A DNA stretch of 64,000 nucleotides from a virus, in the IMG/VR virus record IMGVR_UViG_3300008448_000032, positions 1 through 64,000 of that record; one strand, 5' to 3'. Numbering within the stretch: position 1 is the first letter of the stretch; the number at the start of each line of letters is the position of its first letter. A program made the translations under genes and the position numbers. Positions 1 to 9,681 of this stretch are shown one piece after another. Below the pieces are notes generated by a model. That model made no database searches. It was not told the DNA's origin and was given only the letters and a program-made list of their open reading frames with translations.

Positions 1-1
1 A

Positions 2-436
2 ATCTTAGCTGCTGCTAACGTTGTTGCTAACAGAGGAAGAAGAGGTCCTGCTAACTTTATCGTTACTAACGCTAACGTAGCAAGTGCACTTCAAGATATC
101 TCTCAGTTCACTTTCGCTCCTTTCTCAAACACTCTAACTCAAAACAACGGTACACTTTACCCTGTTGGATCTCTAGCTGGTATGACTGTATACGTAGACC
201 AAAACATGAGATACGACGATACAAGGGTATTGATTGGTAGAAAAGGTGGAGATGATGAGCCAGGATTGAAATTCATGCCTTACATGATGGCTGAGTCTAT
301 CCAAACTATCTCTGAAGGTACAATGTCTCCGAAGATAGCGGTTAAATCAAGATACGCTCTTGTAGAAGCTGGTTTCTTACCAGAAACTATGTACTTAACA
401 TTCTATGTTAATGTACCTACAGGAGGTTTAGCTTAA
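2..436 (+). CDS. gp23: Major capsid protein, T4 gp23-like, C-terminal part (5' truncated by window edge)
   Basis: Frame open from nt 2: ...ANRGRRGPANFIVTN...GMTVYVDQ...IGRKG...GLKFMPY...PKIAVKSRY matches the gp23 C-terminal pattern (RG-GNF; VYID; G-KG; APY; KTRY); GCT/AAC-rich codon use typical of a highly expressed gene. Confidence 0.9.
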   Translation: MLAAANVVANRGRRGPANFIVTNANVASALQDISQFTFAPFSNTLTQNNGTLYPVGSLAGMTVYVDQNMRYDDTRVLIGRKGGDDEPGLKFMPYMMAESIQTISEGTMSPKIAVKSRYALVEAGFLPETMYLTFYVNVPTGGLA

Positions 437-455
437 TCCTAACCTAACTTAATAG

Positions 456-484
456 AAAGTCCTAAGGAAACTTAGGACTTTTTT
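456..484 (+). terminator. Intrinsic terminator after capsid gene
   Basis: AAAGTCCTAAG-GAAA-CTTAGGACTTT 11-bp stem followed by T run. Confidence 0.85.
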
Positions 485-524
485 ATTGTATAAGATATAT
501 ACAATCTATACAATATTAGGAATC

Positions 525-2267
525 ATGAAACTATCTAAAGAATTAGAAGAGATAATAGAAGGTATAAAAAAATACAACGAAGAAGGTAAAAATTCTACGG
601 GATTTTTTACCTTAATCCGGAATCGTTCTAATATATTATCTGAGATAATATCCCTAACTTCTTTTTTGGATTCTAAGTACGGGTTTCCTGAAATAGGCCA
701 GAGGGTTTATCATATAAAGGAATCCCTAACCCAAATTCCCAGATGCCATTGTTCTCTCCCACTGAGGTTTCATAGGCTAAATACCGGGTATTTTTCTACT
801 TGCGGGAATAAGAAATGTAAGGATTCGGTTAAGGTTAACACATTTCGAAAGACGATTAAAGAAAAATATGGGGATTCTTATTTTAAGGAAGGATCCCCAG
901 CAAGAGAAAAATATAAATCTACAATGTCGGCTAAATATGGGGTAGATCATAATTTTAAATCTAAGGAGATTAGAGATAATATAAAAAATACATTAAAGGA
1001 AAAATACGGGGAAGATTCTCCACTAAAAAATAAAAAAATACTGGAAAAAAGAAATTTAACTTGTGAAAATAGATACGGAACTCTAGATTTTTTAAATTCC
1101 GATAAGGCCAGGGAAACTAATTTGGATAGATATGGATTTACAAATCCAATGAAAAACGGAGACATATCTAGAGGAGTTACCGAGAGTTCATCTAGAACTA
1201 AAAGAAAACAATTAGAAGATAAACTTGGGGTTTATCTTATGGATTTAATATCATATTCTACCGAAAGATGTGACGTTTTTTGCAATAGATGTAATGCTAA
1301 TTCTTTTCTGCATTCGGTAACAATTAATGCAAAGCTGAGATCCCAAATAGATCCTTGTTCTAAATGCAATCCTAATTTACACAATAGATCTCTTTTGGAA
1401 GAAGAAATGGCAGGATTTATAAAGGATATTTATTCGGGGGAAATTAAATGCAACGATAGATCTATTTTTTCTGGATCCCCTAAATTTTCTGAATGCGATG
1501 TGTATTTACCAGAGATCCAGATTTCTTTTGAATTTAACGGATTATATTGGCATTCTGAAGCTTATAAAGATAAAAAATACCACCAGGAAAAATCTCAATT
1601 TCTTTTAGATAAAGGAATAAGACTCCATCACATATGGGAAGACGATTGGAATTATAAAAAACCTATTGTAAAATCTATGATATCTTCTTCTATAGGAAAA
1701 TATGAAAGGAAAATATTTGCAAGAAAATGCCAAATATCGGAAGTTCCTAAAAAAGAATATAAAAGATTTTGTGAGGATAATCATCTTAAAGGGTATTGCC
1801 CGGCGAGTAGAGTTTTTGGTCTTTATTATGAGGGAGAATTAGTTTCTCTTATGAGTTTTTCAAAAACAAGAAAATTAATAGAAAGCAAAAATACTTTTTA
1901 TGACTATGAATTAATAAGAAGCTGCAGCAAATTAAATACCCTTATTGTTGGGGGGGTTTCTAAGATAGTTAAAAATTTCATGAGAAATTCAAATGGATCA
2001 CTAGTTACATATTGTGACATTTCGTTTTCCCCCGATCATACAAAAACTTCTTATTCTAAATGTGGATTTGGATTAGTTTCTAAAACAGATCCTGGGTACT
2101 ATTGGGTAATAGACGGAAGAAAATCCAATAGACTCAATTGGACAAAAAAGAAATTGGTTTCTTTGGGGCACGATCCTAAAGAAACAGGAGATTACATAAT
2201 GAATTCTTTAGGGTATTATAAAATCTGGGATTGTGGTAATTATAAATTCGAAATGGTTCCTAAATAA
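525..2267 (+). CDS. Putative homing-type endonuclease (KYG repeats, Zn motifs, PD-(D/E)XK/Vsr-like domain, C-terminal GNAT-like domain)
   Basis: Repeated (E/K)KYG units; CxC and CxxC motifs; ECDVYLPEIQISFEFNGLYWHS and HIWEDDW nuclease motifs; C-terminal FARKC...NHLKG...YELIR...GGVSK...YCD. Likely start is ATG 525, downstream of GATATATA at 494. Confidence 0.7.
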   Translation: MKLSKELEEIIEGIKKYNEEGKNSTGFFTLIRNRSNILSEIISLTSFLDSKYGFPEIGQRVYHIKESLTQIPRCHCSLPLRFHRLNTGYFSTCGNKKCKDSVKVNTFRKTIKEKYGDSYFKEGSPAREKYKSTMSAKYGVDHNFKSKEIRDNIKNTLKEKYGEDSPLKNKKILEKRNLTCENRYGTLDFLNSDKARETNLDRYGFTNPMKNGDISRGVTESSSRTKRKQLEDKLGVYLMDLISYSTERCDVFCNRCNANSFLHSVTINAKLRSQIDPCSKCNPNLHNRSLLEEEMAGFIKDIYSGEIKCNDRSIFSGSPKFSECDVYLPEIQISFEFNGLYWHSEAYKDKKYHQEKSQFLLDKGIRLHHIWEDDWNYKKPIVKSMISSSIGKYERKIFARKCQISEVPKKEYKRFCEDNHLKGYCPASRVFGLYYEGELVSLMSFSKTRKLIESKNTFYDYELIRSCSKLNTLIVGGVSKIVKNFMRNSNGSLVTYCDISFSPDHTKTSYSKCGFGLVSKTDPGYYWVIDGRKSNRLNWTKKKLVSLGHDPKETGDYIMNSLGYYKIWDCGNYKFEMVPK

Positions 2268-2281
2268 ACAGAATTGAAATA

Positions 2282-2289
2282 GATATATA
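2282..2289 (+). promoter_or_regulatory. Putative phage late promoter GATATATA (representative of about 25 sites, listed in findings)
   Basis: Exact octamer recurring shortly upstream of gene starts on the coding strand; analogous to T4 TATAAATA. Confidence 0.75.
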
Positions 2290-2306
2290 ATTAAAAAAGT
2301 TTAAAT

Positions 2307-3380
2307 ATGAAAAATATACCTTCTTTCAAACAATTTAATGAAAACTATTCACTTTTAGAGTCTGCTGATTCTAGATTAGAATCTATGTATTATGATTTAA
2401 AGAACGAAGCATCTATAGAAGAATCTTTGGTTACTATAAACGAAGGTCTTTTTGGCAACATGCTAAAAAATTGGGCTTCTAAAACTTTCTTGGGACCTTT
2501 AGGACTTTCTAAAGTTAAATACATAGATAAAGCTAGAGATATCCATTTAGGTCTTGAATTGCAATTATTGGCAAAAAAAGACGATTATGAGACTTCGTTA
2601 GAAAAATATAACGAAGAGATGGATAAACTTTCTTCCGATGTAGAAGGGGATAAACCTAGGATAGAAGCTATAAAAAAGAAAATAGAGGAGGAAAAAAGAA
2701 CTTTTGATGCATACGCAAAATCTCAAAGACTTAAAATCGAAAAAGCTAAAGAAGTTATAGAAGCAGCAATCGATGGAAATGAGAGAAGGAGAGTTTACGC
2801 AGACGCTGGAATGGCTGAGGATAAAATAATTTTAGCAGAGAAAGAATACGATTATGCTAAAAAAAGATCTTCTTCTGAGGATCTAGATGAATTGAGCGAT
2901 AGAATTAAAACATTAAGATCTAATCTAGAAGAAAAAATAGAAAAATTCAAAAAAAGTGAAGAGAAGAAAGACAAGAAAGAAGAGGAGATAACTAAGGATC
3001 AAAAAGAAATTATGGGAGATCCTATTGCAAAAAGAATAATAGACAAGGTTAAAAAAATTAGACCTAAAGGAATTATTGATATTACTGAAGATGTTAAGAA
3101 AGATATAGCTACTTTAGAAGCAGACGAAGAAAGACTGAAAGAAGAGATTAAAAGAAAATCTTCTACCGCTGGAAAAATACAGAAAGAAAAATACAGAAAA
3201 AGACTTAGGATTATCCAAGCTGAGATAGAAGGAAGAAAAAAACAATTAGAAGTTTTAAGAGGACTAGGGAAAGATTCCATAACTATAACTAAAAATCTAA
3301 AAAATCCTAAAAAATCACAGGAGGTTTTAGATAAAATAGCAGAGATAGACATGGAAGCTGAATCTGAAAAATCTAAATAA
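2307..3380 (+). CDS. Coiled-coil protein with capsid-targeting-like leader
   Basis: MKNIPSFKQFNENYSLLE leader; K/E-rich helical body. Confidence 0.6.
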   Translation: MKNIPSFKQFNENYSLLESADSRLESMYYDLKNEASIEESLVTINEGLFGNMLKNWASKTFLGPLGLSKVKYIDKARDIHLGLELQLLAKKDDYETSLEKYNEEMDKLSSDVEGDKPRIEAIKKKIEEEKRTFDAYAKSQRLKIEKAKEVIEAAIDGNERRRVYADAGMAEDKIILAEKEYDYAKKRSSSEDLDELSDRIKTLRSNLEEKIEKFKKSEEKKDKKEEEITKDQKEIMGDPIAKRIIDKVKKIRPKGIIDITEDVKKDIATLEADEERLKEEIKRKSSTAGKIQKEKYRKRLRIIQAEIEGRKKQLEVLRGLGKDSITITKNLKNPKKSQEVLDKIAEIDMEAESEKSK

Positions 3381-3397
3381 AATTAAAATATAAAGAT

Positions 3398-4288
3398 ATG
3401 AACGTATCCTTTGAAGAATGGGAATCTCTTTACGAAGGAAATTTTTTCGATAAAGTAAAAAATTTATTAAGTAAATCTTTGGGAGGAGCTGTCAGCAAAT
3501 TAGATGAATTAGCTCAATCATACAGGAAAAGCGAAGCTGATTATATAAAAGACTGGGATAACGGTAGTATAGAAAAGGATAAACTGGAAATAGAATTAGC
3601 CCAATCTAAAAGTGATCCTGCTGAGATTAAAAAGATAGAGAGAATGATCAAAAGGAATAGAGATGTTCTAGCTACTGCTCAGAGAGCAAGAACGGATAGA
3701 GCTGAAGCTATAGACAAAAAAGCTAGATCTATTTGTAAAAATAATGAAAGATTGGGTACTTATTGGGATGTAGAAATTTCGAGAATTAATGCCGAAATTT
3801 CAGAAAGACTCCATAGAAAAGCAAAAGATCTTAATGACGAATCCGAAGCTTCTAAATTGTACGATATTTACCAAAGAGCTTTAATGACCTCAAAAAATAA
3901 AGAGGAAGAATTTAAATCTAAATTCGGATCTTCTTTTGCTGAAGAGGGTATTAGATCTAAAGATTTGGGGGGAGATGCAGGAGAAGGAACCGATGCTTCT
4001 CAAGAATTATATTTAAATCTACCTATTAAGGAATTTACTTCCAAGGTAAAATCTCTTTCCCCTAAAGAAAGAAGATCTTTAGTTTCCAGACTTGTAAAAG
4101 AAAGAAACGAAAGATACGTTGCCATGGATATAGAACAGGATTCTTTAATCAAACAATTAGATTCTAAGAAATTAAAAGGTAAAGATCTAGAAGAAGAAAA
4201 ATCTAAAATAAAATCTGCTAAAGAAAAATACCTAGAAGAAATAAGGGATCTTAGAGGAAAAATAACCATTGCTAGAAGAAATGATTAG
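3398..4288 (+). CDS. Coiled-coil protein, probable paralog of 2307..3380
   Basis: MNVSFEEWESLYEGNFFDKVKNLLSKSLGG resembles INEGLFGNMLKNWASKTFLG of the upstream ORF. Confidence 0.55.
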   Translation: MNVSFEEWESLYEGNFFDKVKNLLSKSLGGAVSKLDELAQSYRKSEADYIKDWDNGSIEKDKLEIELAQSKSDPAEIKKIERMIKRNRDVLATAQRARTDRAEAIDKKARSICKNNERLGTYWDVEISRINAEISERLHRKAKDLNDESEASKLYDIYQRALMTSKNKEEEFKSKFGSSFAEEGIRSKDLGGDAGEGTDASQELYLNLPIKEFTSKVKSLSPKERRSLVSRLVKERNERYVAMDIEQDSLIKQLDSKKLKGKDLEEEKSKIKSAKEKYLEEIRDLRGKITIARRND

Positions 4289-4574
4289 ATTTAATACTTT
4301 TAAGAAATTAGGAATCTTTAATTTTTTGAACGAGGCAGAAAGTACGGATACCCTAATTAGAAAATCCGAAGAGAATCTTTCTTTAAAATTTGATGCTCTT
4401 AAAGAAGCTAAAGCAATGAAAAAACCGGGAGATATTAAATCTAAGATAGATAGCATAAATAAACAATCCCAGATATACATAGAAATCTCTAACTCTCTTA
4501 AAACATTAGGAGCTTTATACCAGAAAAAGTCTACCGAAAAAAAAGAAGTACAAGGAACAGGGGATATATACTAA
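4281..4574 (+). CDS. Small helical protein with leader ending FLNE
   Basis: MIRFNTFKKLGIFNFLNEAES; ATG 4281 overlaps the end of the previous gene. Confidence 0.5.
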   Translation: MIRFNTFKKLGIFNFLNEAESTDTLIRKSEENLSLKFDALKEAKAMKKPGDIKSKIDSINKQSQIYIEISNSLKTLGALYQKKSTEKKEVQGTGDIY

Positions 4575-4583
4575 AACGAAAAA

Positions 4584-7028
4584 ATGAAGAATATTTCCAT
4601 ATACAATCCAATTGCAAAAATGATATTAAAAGAACACAGTTCTTTAATACTAGAAAGCGAAAAAGTAGATGCTTTAATTTCTAAAATATCTGATAATGCA
4701 TTGAATTGTTTTAAAATCGTTAATTTCGATCTTGCTCCTAAAAGAGAAAGAAACCCCAATATAATGAGGGACAAACTTTCTAGTATATCGGGTTCTAAGA
4801 GTGTAAAAACTTTAACTTCTAAATTGATAGACTACTCCGAAAATTCCGAATTAGCTAATAGCAAATACCACGAGGTAAAATCCGAATATATTTCTGCTTT
4901 AAAAAAATTCTGTAGAGCTTTGGTTAGAACTTCAGAACTATCTAAAGATAAAGAATCGGAAATATTAAAAAGGTTTAAAACCCCTCCTGCAAATCTTCAA
5001 AATGCTTTAGATTCTATATCGGAAAGAGCAAAAGACGAAAAAAAGAAATTAGAAGAATCTATTTATTTTATTAATGAATCGCACGTTGGATTTAATACTA
5101 GATTAGATTTTATAAAAAAATCACTGGTAAATCTTCTTTCTTCTGCAGAAGGTAAAAATCAAAAAAATGGATACGGAAGAGACTGGAAAAGAATATTCTT
5201 GGAGCTCGATGAAAAAAGAAGAGTTCTGGATAAGCCAGAAATGGGGTATTCTGAAAGAGGAAGAAAATCTTTAGAGGATTTGGAAAAACAAATTCATAAA
5301 TTTTCAGATGAATTCAACAATGCTTTAGTTCAATCTGTAAATAAAGCTATACAGGGAATTGAAGAGGATGACGAAGTTATAAAAATTTATTCCGATGTAA
5401 CCGAATTGGCTCATCGTGCTCTAGATGATCTCACAAGGGCCAAGGCTCAACAATCGATGGTTTTTAAAGAAATCCTAGATGATTTTGATAATAAAGAAGC
5501 TACGGTCTCTAAAACGATATTTCCGTTAAGCTTAGGGGACAAAGATTCGGATAAAAAAATATGTGGGACCAGACTTATTTCTAATATACAAAAAGCTCTT
5601 TCTTCTATACCTTCCGCTTCGGATGTTATTTCTAACGAAGGAGGGGTAAATGGGGTTTATAATATAGCTTTAAAATCTGTTATTTCTACTATCCAGAAAT
5701 TGGAAGGAAATAAGAACACAAACGGAGAGATAGATAAAACTCTTTTAGATTCTATTCTTGCCTCAGATTGGGTTTCTGCTGATGATAAAAAAAGAATCCA
5801 AAAATCCATAGAAAATATAATGGATAGAGTTGACGAATCCAAAAAAATATTAAGTTTTGATGACGTGGTTTCTCCTTTGTACGAGAATAGGATAGTCATT
5901 AAAAATTCGGAATTTGCAAAAGAACTTTCGGTACAATATGCAAACGCTTTAGAGGATGCTCCTAAAGACTATAAAAATTCAGATTACAAAAAAGGAGAAG
6001 TCTATCAACTTTCTAAATCTTTAAGAAAAGCTTATAAGATAAGTATAGAAGATGAGGATTTTATAAGAGAAGATGGGGATCTAAAATCTTCATATTCACC
6101 AGAATTTATATCTGCTTGGAATAAAGCTTTATCCGAAATAGAAGACCCTGAAGAATATTCATATTTCTATTTTAATGAGGGATTATATTCGATATCTTTA
6201 GAGACAACATCTTTGAAAACCCCTTCGAACTGGCCAAAGTGGAGAAAAGATAGAAAAATAGAAGAAGCGGATAATGAGGATCTTGTTGATTTTATAAGTA
6301 ATTATCTTAAAGGATGGAAAACTTTAGGTATGATAAAACCTGAGTACAGATACACTAAGATTAGAAAATTAATATCAGAAAATCTAGAAAAAGAAGATCT
6401 AAAATATTCCGAAGCTTATACTAAAATGAAAAGCTCTATCCGATATAAAGATGTACCTTATATAGATTATCAAGATTTAAAAAGCGACATAAAAGAAGCT
6501 ATAGAGAATATAATCCATAAAAATAGAAGAGAAATGGATTTAGATAGAGAAGAATTCGTAGGACTAAACAATTTTTTAGTTTCTTTAGCAAATTCTATTA
6601 CTTTCGACGGGGAAAAATTCATAAGCTGTTTAAAATGGATACACGATAATGTTCTGGGAGAAAAGACCTGTAAAAAGGTAGCTTCTGAGGCATTCACATC
6701 TACGGAACAAACGGATAAAGAAACTGGAAATCTCTTAACTTTCGACGGTAATTCTTTAATGGTTCTCCCTTATAAGAATCTACTCCGAAACATGGACATA
6801 AAGAAAGCAGATAAGAAATGCCCAGATTCAATTTCAGGGTTTAGACCTATTATAAATCTTAGTTCTTCAGATTCTCCAATATTAAAAATATTATCTAGAA
6901 ATTTAGGTTATATAACTTCTACGATATTTCCTTCTATTGAAAATCATTTAAAAAGGATGAATTCCGATTCTTTTGGAAAAATTCCTAACGTTTCCCCATT
7001 TAAATGTTTCGATGCGGAAGAAAAATAA
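4584..7028 (+). CDS. 814-aa protein with a degenerate peptidoglycan-binding (PG_binding_1-like) domain
   Basis: PLSLGD...LISNIQKAL...VNGVYNIALKSVISTIQKLEG...NGEIDKTL pattern; GATATATA at 4563; leader ending LILE. Confidence 0.5.
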   Translation: MKNISIYNPIAKMILKEHSSLILESEKVDALISKISDNALNCFKIVNFDLAPKRERNPNIMRDKLSSISGSKSVKTLTSKLIDYSENSELANSKYHEVKSEYISALKKFCRALVRTSELSKDKESEILKRFKTPPANLQNALDSISERAKDEKKKLEESIYFINESHVGFNTRLDFIKKSLVNLLSSAEGKNQKNGYGRDWKRIFLELDEKRRVLDKPEMGYSERGRKSLEDLEKQIHKFSDEFNNALVQSVNKAIQGIEEDDEVIKIYSDVTELAHRALDDLTRAKAQQSMVFKEILDDFDNKEATVSKTIFPLSLGDKDSDKKICGTRLISNIQKALSSIPSASDVISNEGGVNGVYNIALKSVISTIQKLEGNKNTNGEIDKTLLDSILASDWVSADDKKRIQKSIENIMDRVDESKKILSFDDVVSPLYENRIVIKNSEFAKELSVQYANALEDAPKDYKNSDYKKGEVYQLSKSLRKAYKISIEDEDFIREDGDLKSSYSPEFISAWNKALSEIEDPEEYSYFYFNEGLYSISLETTSLKTPSNWPKWRKDRKIEEADNEDLVDFISNYLKGWKTLGMIKPEYRYTKIRKLISENLEKEDLKYSEAYTKMKSSIRYKDVPYIDYQDLKSDIKEAIENIIHKNRREMDLDREEFVGLNNFLVSLANSITFDGEKFISCLKWIHDNVLGEKTCKKVASEAFTSTEQTDKETGNLLTFDGNSLMVLPYKNLLRNMDIKKADKKCPDSISGFRPIINLSSSDSPILKILSRNLGYITSTIFPSIENHLKRMNSDSFGKIPNVSPFKCFDAEEK

Positions 7029-7033
7029 TCCCC

Positions 7034-7621
7034 ATGAAACATCTAATACTTTTCGAAAATTATAGAAACGAACACGATTTAGAAACTCTAAGGGATTATC
7101 TTATCAAATTTAATTTACCTGTAGAAAAATGGGGTAAAGGGTATGCAAAAACTTTAAATCATCTTTTTTTAGAAATAGAATCAGGAGAATGCAGGCTGGT
7201 AGAAGAAAATAAAATCCTAATAAGAGAAATAGAATTTGTTATGTGCCAGATCTACTATTCAGAAGGGGGAAATATTCTTAAGCTGATAGAGGAAAAACAG
7301 GTATTTATAGACGGAAGAACTAGAGTAAGAGAAAAAGAATCTTCAGTTTCCGAAAAAATGAAAATAGGAGAAGATCCAGAAGAATCCCTAATTAGAGGAA
7401 TAGAAGAGGAATTAGGAATTTTATTAGAAAAAAATCAGATAATTCAATTGGACGGGGTTGACGAGGATGAAGAATCCCAATCTTTTCCCGGACTTATGAC
7501 CAGATACAAAGGACATAGTTTCGAATGTTTTTTAAACGAGGACCAATTTAATCCTAAAGGGTATGTCGAAACCCAAAAGGACAAAAAGACTTATTTTATC
7601 TGGAAAGAATCCACTATTTAA
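7034..7621 (+). CDS. Nudix-fold protein with leader MKHLILFENY
   Basis: EKMKIGEDPEESLIRGIEEELGI is a Nudix-box variant; start reassigned to ATG 7034. Confidence 0.65.
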   Translation: MKHLILFENYRNEHDLETLRDYLIKFNLPVEKWGKGYAKTLNHLFLEIESGECRLVEENKILIREIEFVMCQIYYSEGGNILKLIEEKQVFIDGRTRVREKESSVSEKMKIGEDPEESLIRGIEEELGILLEKNQIIQLDGVDEDEESQSFPGLMTRYKGHSFECFLNEDQFNPKGYVETQKDKKTYFIWKESTI

Positions 7622-7655
7622 TTTTTTTAATACAATAAAAATCTTATATTTATAA

Positions 7656-7684
7656 GAAACTATTGTTGTATTTTTTTCTATTAT
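7656..7684 (+). promoter_or_regulatory. Putative bipartite promoter GAAAC-N18-TATTAT
   Basis: Same boxes and spacing as 37749-37777; 4 nt before the kinase ATG. Confidence 0.55.
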
Positions 7685-7688
7685 ATTC

Positions 7689-8243
7689 ATGATCTACATA
7701 TTCGAAGGAGCTAGAAACTCGGGAAAAACTTTTCTTTCCGATTACACAAGTAAAACTTTTGGAGTTCATAAGTTTAAATTTGATTTCGTAAATTATTTTA
7801 AAGGGCTAAAACTAACTAGTGAAAATAGCAGAGAAACTCATTTTTTTGCTATGGGGAAAGAGCTGATGTTAATGCAACTATCTAGAGATCTAGGAATAGA
7901 AGATTTTATATTAGACCGAGGAATAATAACAGTTTTTTCCTGGGCTCTTCTCGAAAAAAGAATAACGGAAGAAGAAGTAAAATCCCAAATAAAATTTATA
8001 TGTGACAATAGACTTATGGATGGAATTTCTATAATTTATGTAGAAGGGGATAACCCCGATGGATCTTCCAGAAATAAAGATATATGGGATCAATTTGATT
8101 CCAATCCAGAAGAAAAAAAATGGTGTGATTTTGTCATAAATGAATTTGAAATTAATGGATTTAAAATTTTATATTTTAGAAATAATTTTTCAGTAAAAGA
8201 TCTCGAGAATATAAAAATTGTTTTTGGGTCTCTAAAGAATTAA
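7689..8243 (+). CDS. Thymidylate/dNMP kinase-like P-loop protein
   Basis: IYIFEGARNSGKT Walker A; ILDRG motif. Confidence 0.75.
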   Translation: MIYIFEGARNSGKTFLSDYTSKTFGVHKFKFDFVNYFKGLKLTSENSRETHFFAMGKELMLMQLSRDLGIEDFILDRGIITVFSWALLEKRITEEEVKSQIKFICDNRLMDGISIIYVEGDNPDGSSRNKDIWDQFDSNPEEKKWCDFVINEFEINGFKILYFRNNFSVKDLENIKIVFGSLKN

Positions 8244-8247
8244 AATT

Positions 8248-9654
8248 ATGTGCGGTATAATATTATTAAGAAAAGAAGATTCTAACCAAAAAAGATTAGA
8301 ATCTATAACTCACAGAGGTATAGAATACTCGATAGAAGAAACGGAATCTCATGTAATGTGTCACCACCGTCTTCCTATACAAACATTAGATGGAGATAAT
8401 TGGAACCAGCCAATAGAAATATCTAAAGGAATATATCTTATGTTTAACGGGGAAATATTCAATTACGATAAATCTAGATTTTCTTCCGATACCGAATACC
8501 TTTGTAGTTTATTTTCGGGAATTTCTACTATAGACCCAGAAATGTTTTCTGGTATGTATCTACCTTATATAACAGAATGGGATGGATTTTGGTCTATTGT
8601 AATTTTTGATTCCAATACAAAAAACGTTCTTTGTTTTACGGATCCTTTAGGAAAAAAATGTTTATATAAAAACGATAGGGGAGAAATATGCTCGGAAATA
8701 AAAGGAGTGGTAAATGAAGAATCGGTTATAGATCGATCTACTATAAGTTCTATCCGAAAATGGGGGTATAATAAGGACAAAAGAACTTGTTTTACGAACA
8801 TTACAAGAATATTACCGAATTCTATTTATTTTTATAATATGGAATCCCCTAATTTTGAAAAAGTATTAAATCCGTATTATACATCCTGGGATTCTCCGAT
8901 AGAAGATTTAATAGGAGCAGATTATGAGGATCATATGAATTGGCTTTGGGATAAAATGTTCGAAAGCGTTTCCAATAGACTTGTTTCTAAAAATTATCCT
9001 ATATCTCTTTTAGTATCTGGGGGATTAGATTCCTCTATTATTGCAGCTATATTAAAAGAAATGAATGCAAACACAACTTGGTTTTCTATAGAAAATGGGG
9101 AATCTCAATACGTAGATCTTCTCTCTAGACACTTAGAAACTCCTGTTAAATTTCTCGATTATTCTATGAATATGGAATATGATAAATTTATATATAGAGA
9201 TTGGAACGAAAGTCCTATAGATCTGGGATCGGTTATACCCCAATACCATTTATTTGAATCTATTAAAAAAGAATCTAATTTTAGGATAGTTCTTAGCGGG
9301 GATGGATCTGATGAATTATTTGGAGGGTATTCCAGAATAAAAGAATATGATTCCCAAAGATCCGATATATTCGAGGAACTTTCTTTCTACCATCTTCCCC
9401 GATTGGATAAAATGTCAATGGCACACACCTTAGAATTAAGAAATCCTTTTTTAAATCTAGATATAGTTAGATTCGCACTTCATCTCCCTAAAGAGTGGAG
9501 AACGGATAAAAAAATACTAAAAGACACATTCTCTCCTATGCTTCCCGATGATATAGTGAATAGAAAGAAAGAAGCTTTAAAAAACCCAGAGATAAAAAAA
9601 GATAAAATAGAATATAGGGATAAAGCTATTAATATTTTTCTAGATTCTTTTTGA
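8248..9654 (+). CDS. asnB: Asparagine synthetase B-like glutamine-dependent amidotransferase
   Basis: MCGI N-terminal Cys, HRG, HHRL, FNGEIFN, SDTE, SGGLDSS PP-loop, SGDGSDELFGGY, DKMSMAHTLELRNPFL. Confidence 0.9.
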   Translation: MCGIILLRKEDSNQKRLESITHRGIEYSIEETESHVMCHHRLPIQTLDGDNWNQPIEISKGIYLMFNGEIFNYDKSRFSSDTEYLCSLFSGISTIDPEMFSGMYLPYITEWDGFWSIVIFDSNTKNVLCFTDPLGKKCLYKNDRGEICSEIKGVVNEESVIDRSTISSIRKWGYNKDKRTCFTNITRILPNSIYFYNMESPNFEKVLNPYYTSWDSPIEDLIGADYEDHMNWLWDKMFESVSNRLVSKNYPISLLVSGGLDSSIIAAILKEMNANTTWFSIENGESQYVDLLSRHLETPVKFLDYSMNMEYDKFIYRDWNESPIDLGSVIPQYHLFESIKKESNFRIVLSGDGSDELFGGYSRIKEYDSQRSDIFEELSFYHLPRLDKMSMAHTLELRNPFLNLDIVRFALHLPKEWRTDKKILKDTFSPMLPDDIVNRKKEALKNPEIKKDKIEYRDKAINIFLDSF

Positions 9655-9681
9655 TATATACTTATATCAAAAAGAAATAAA

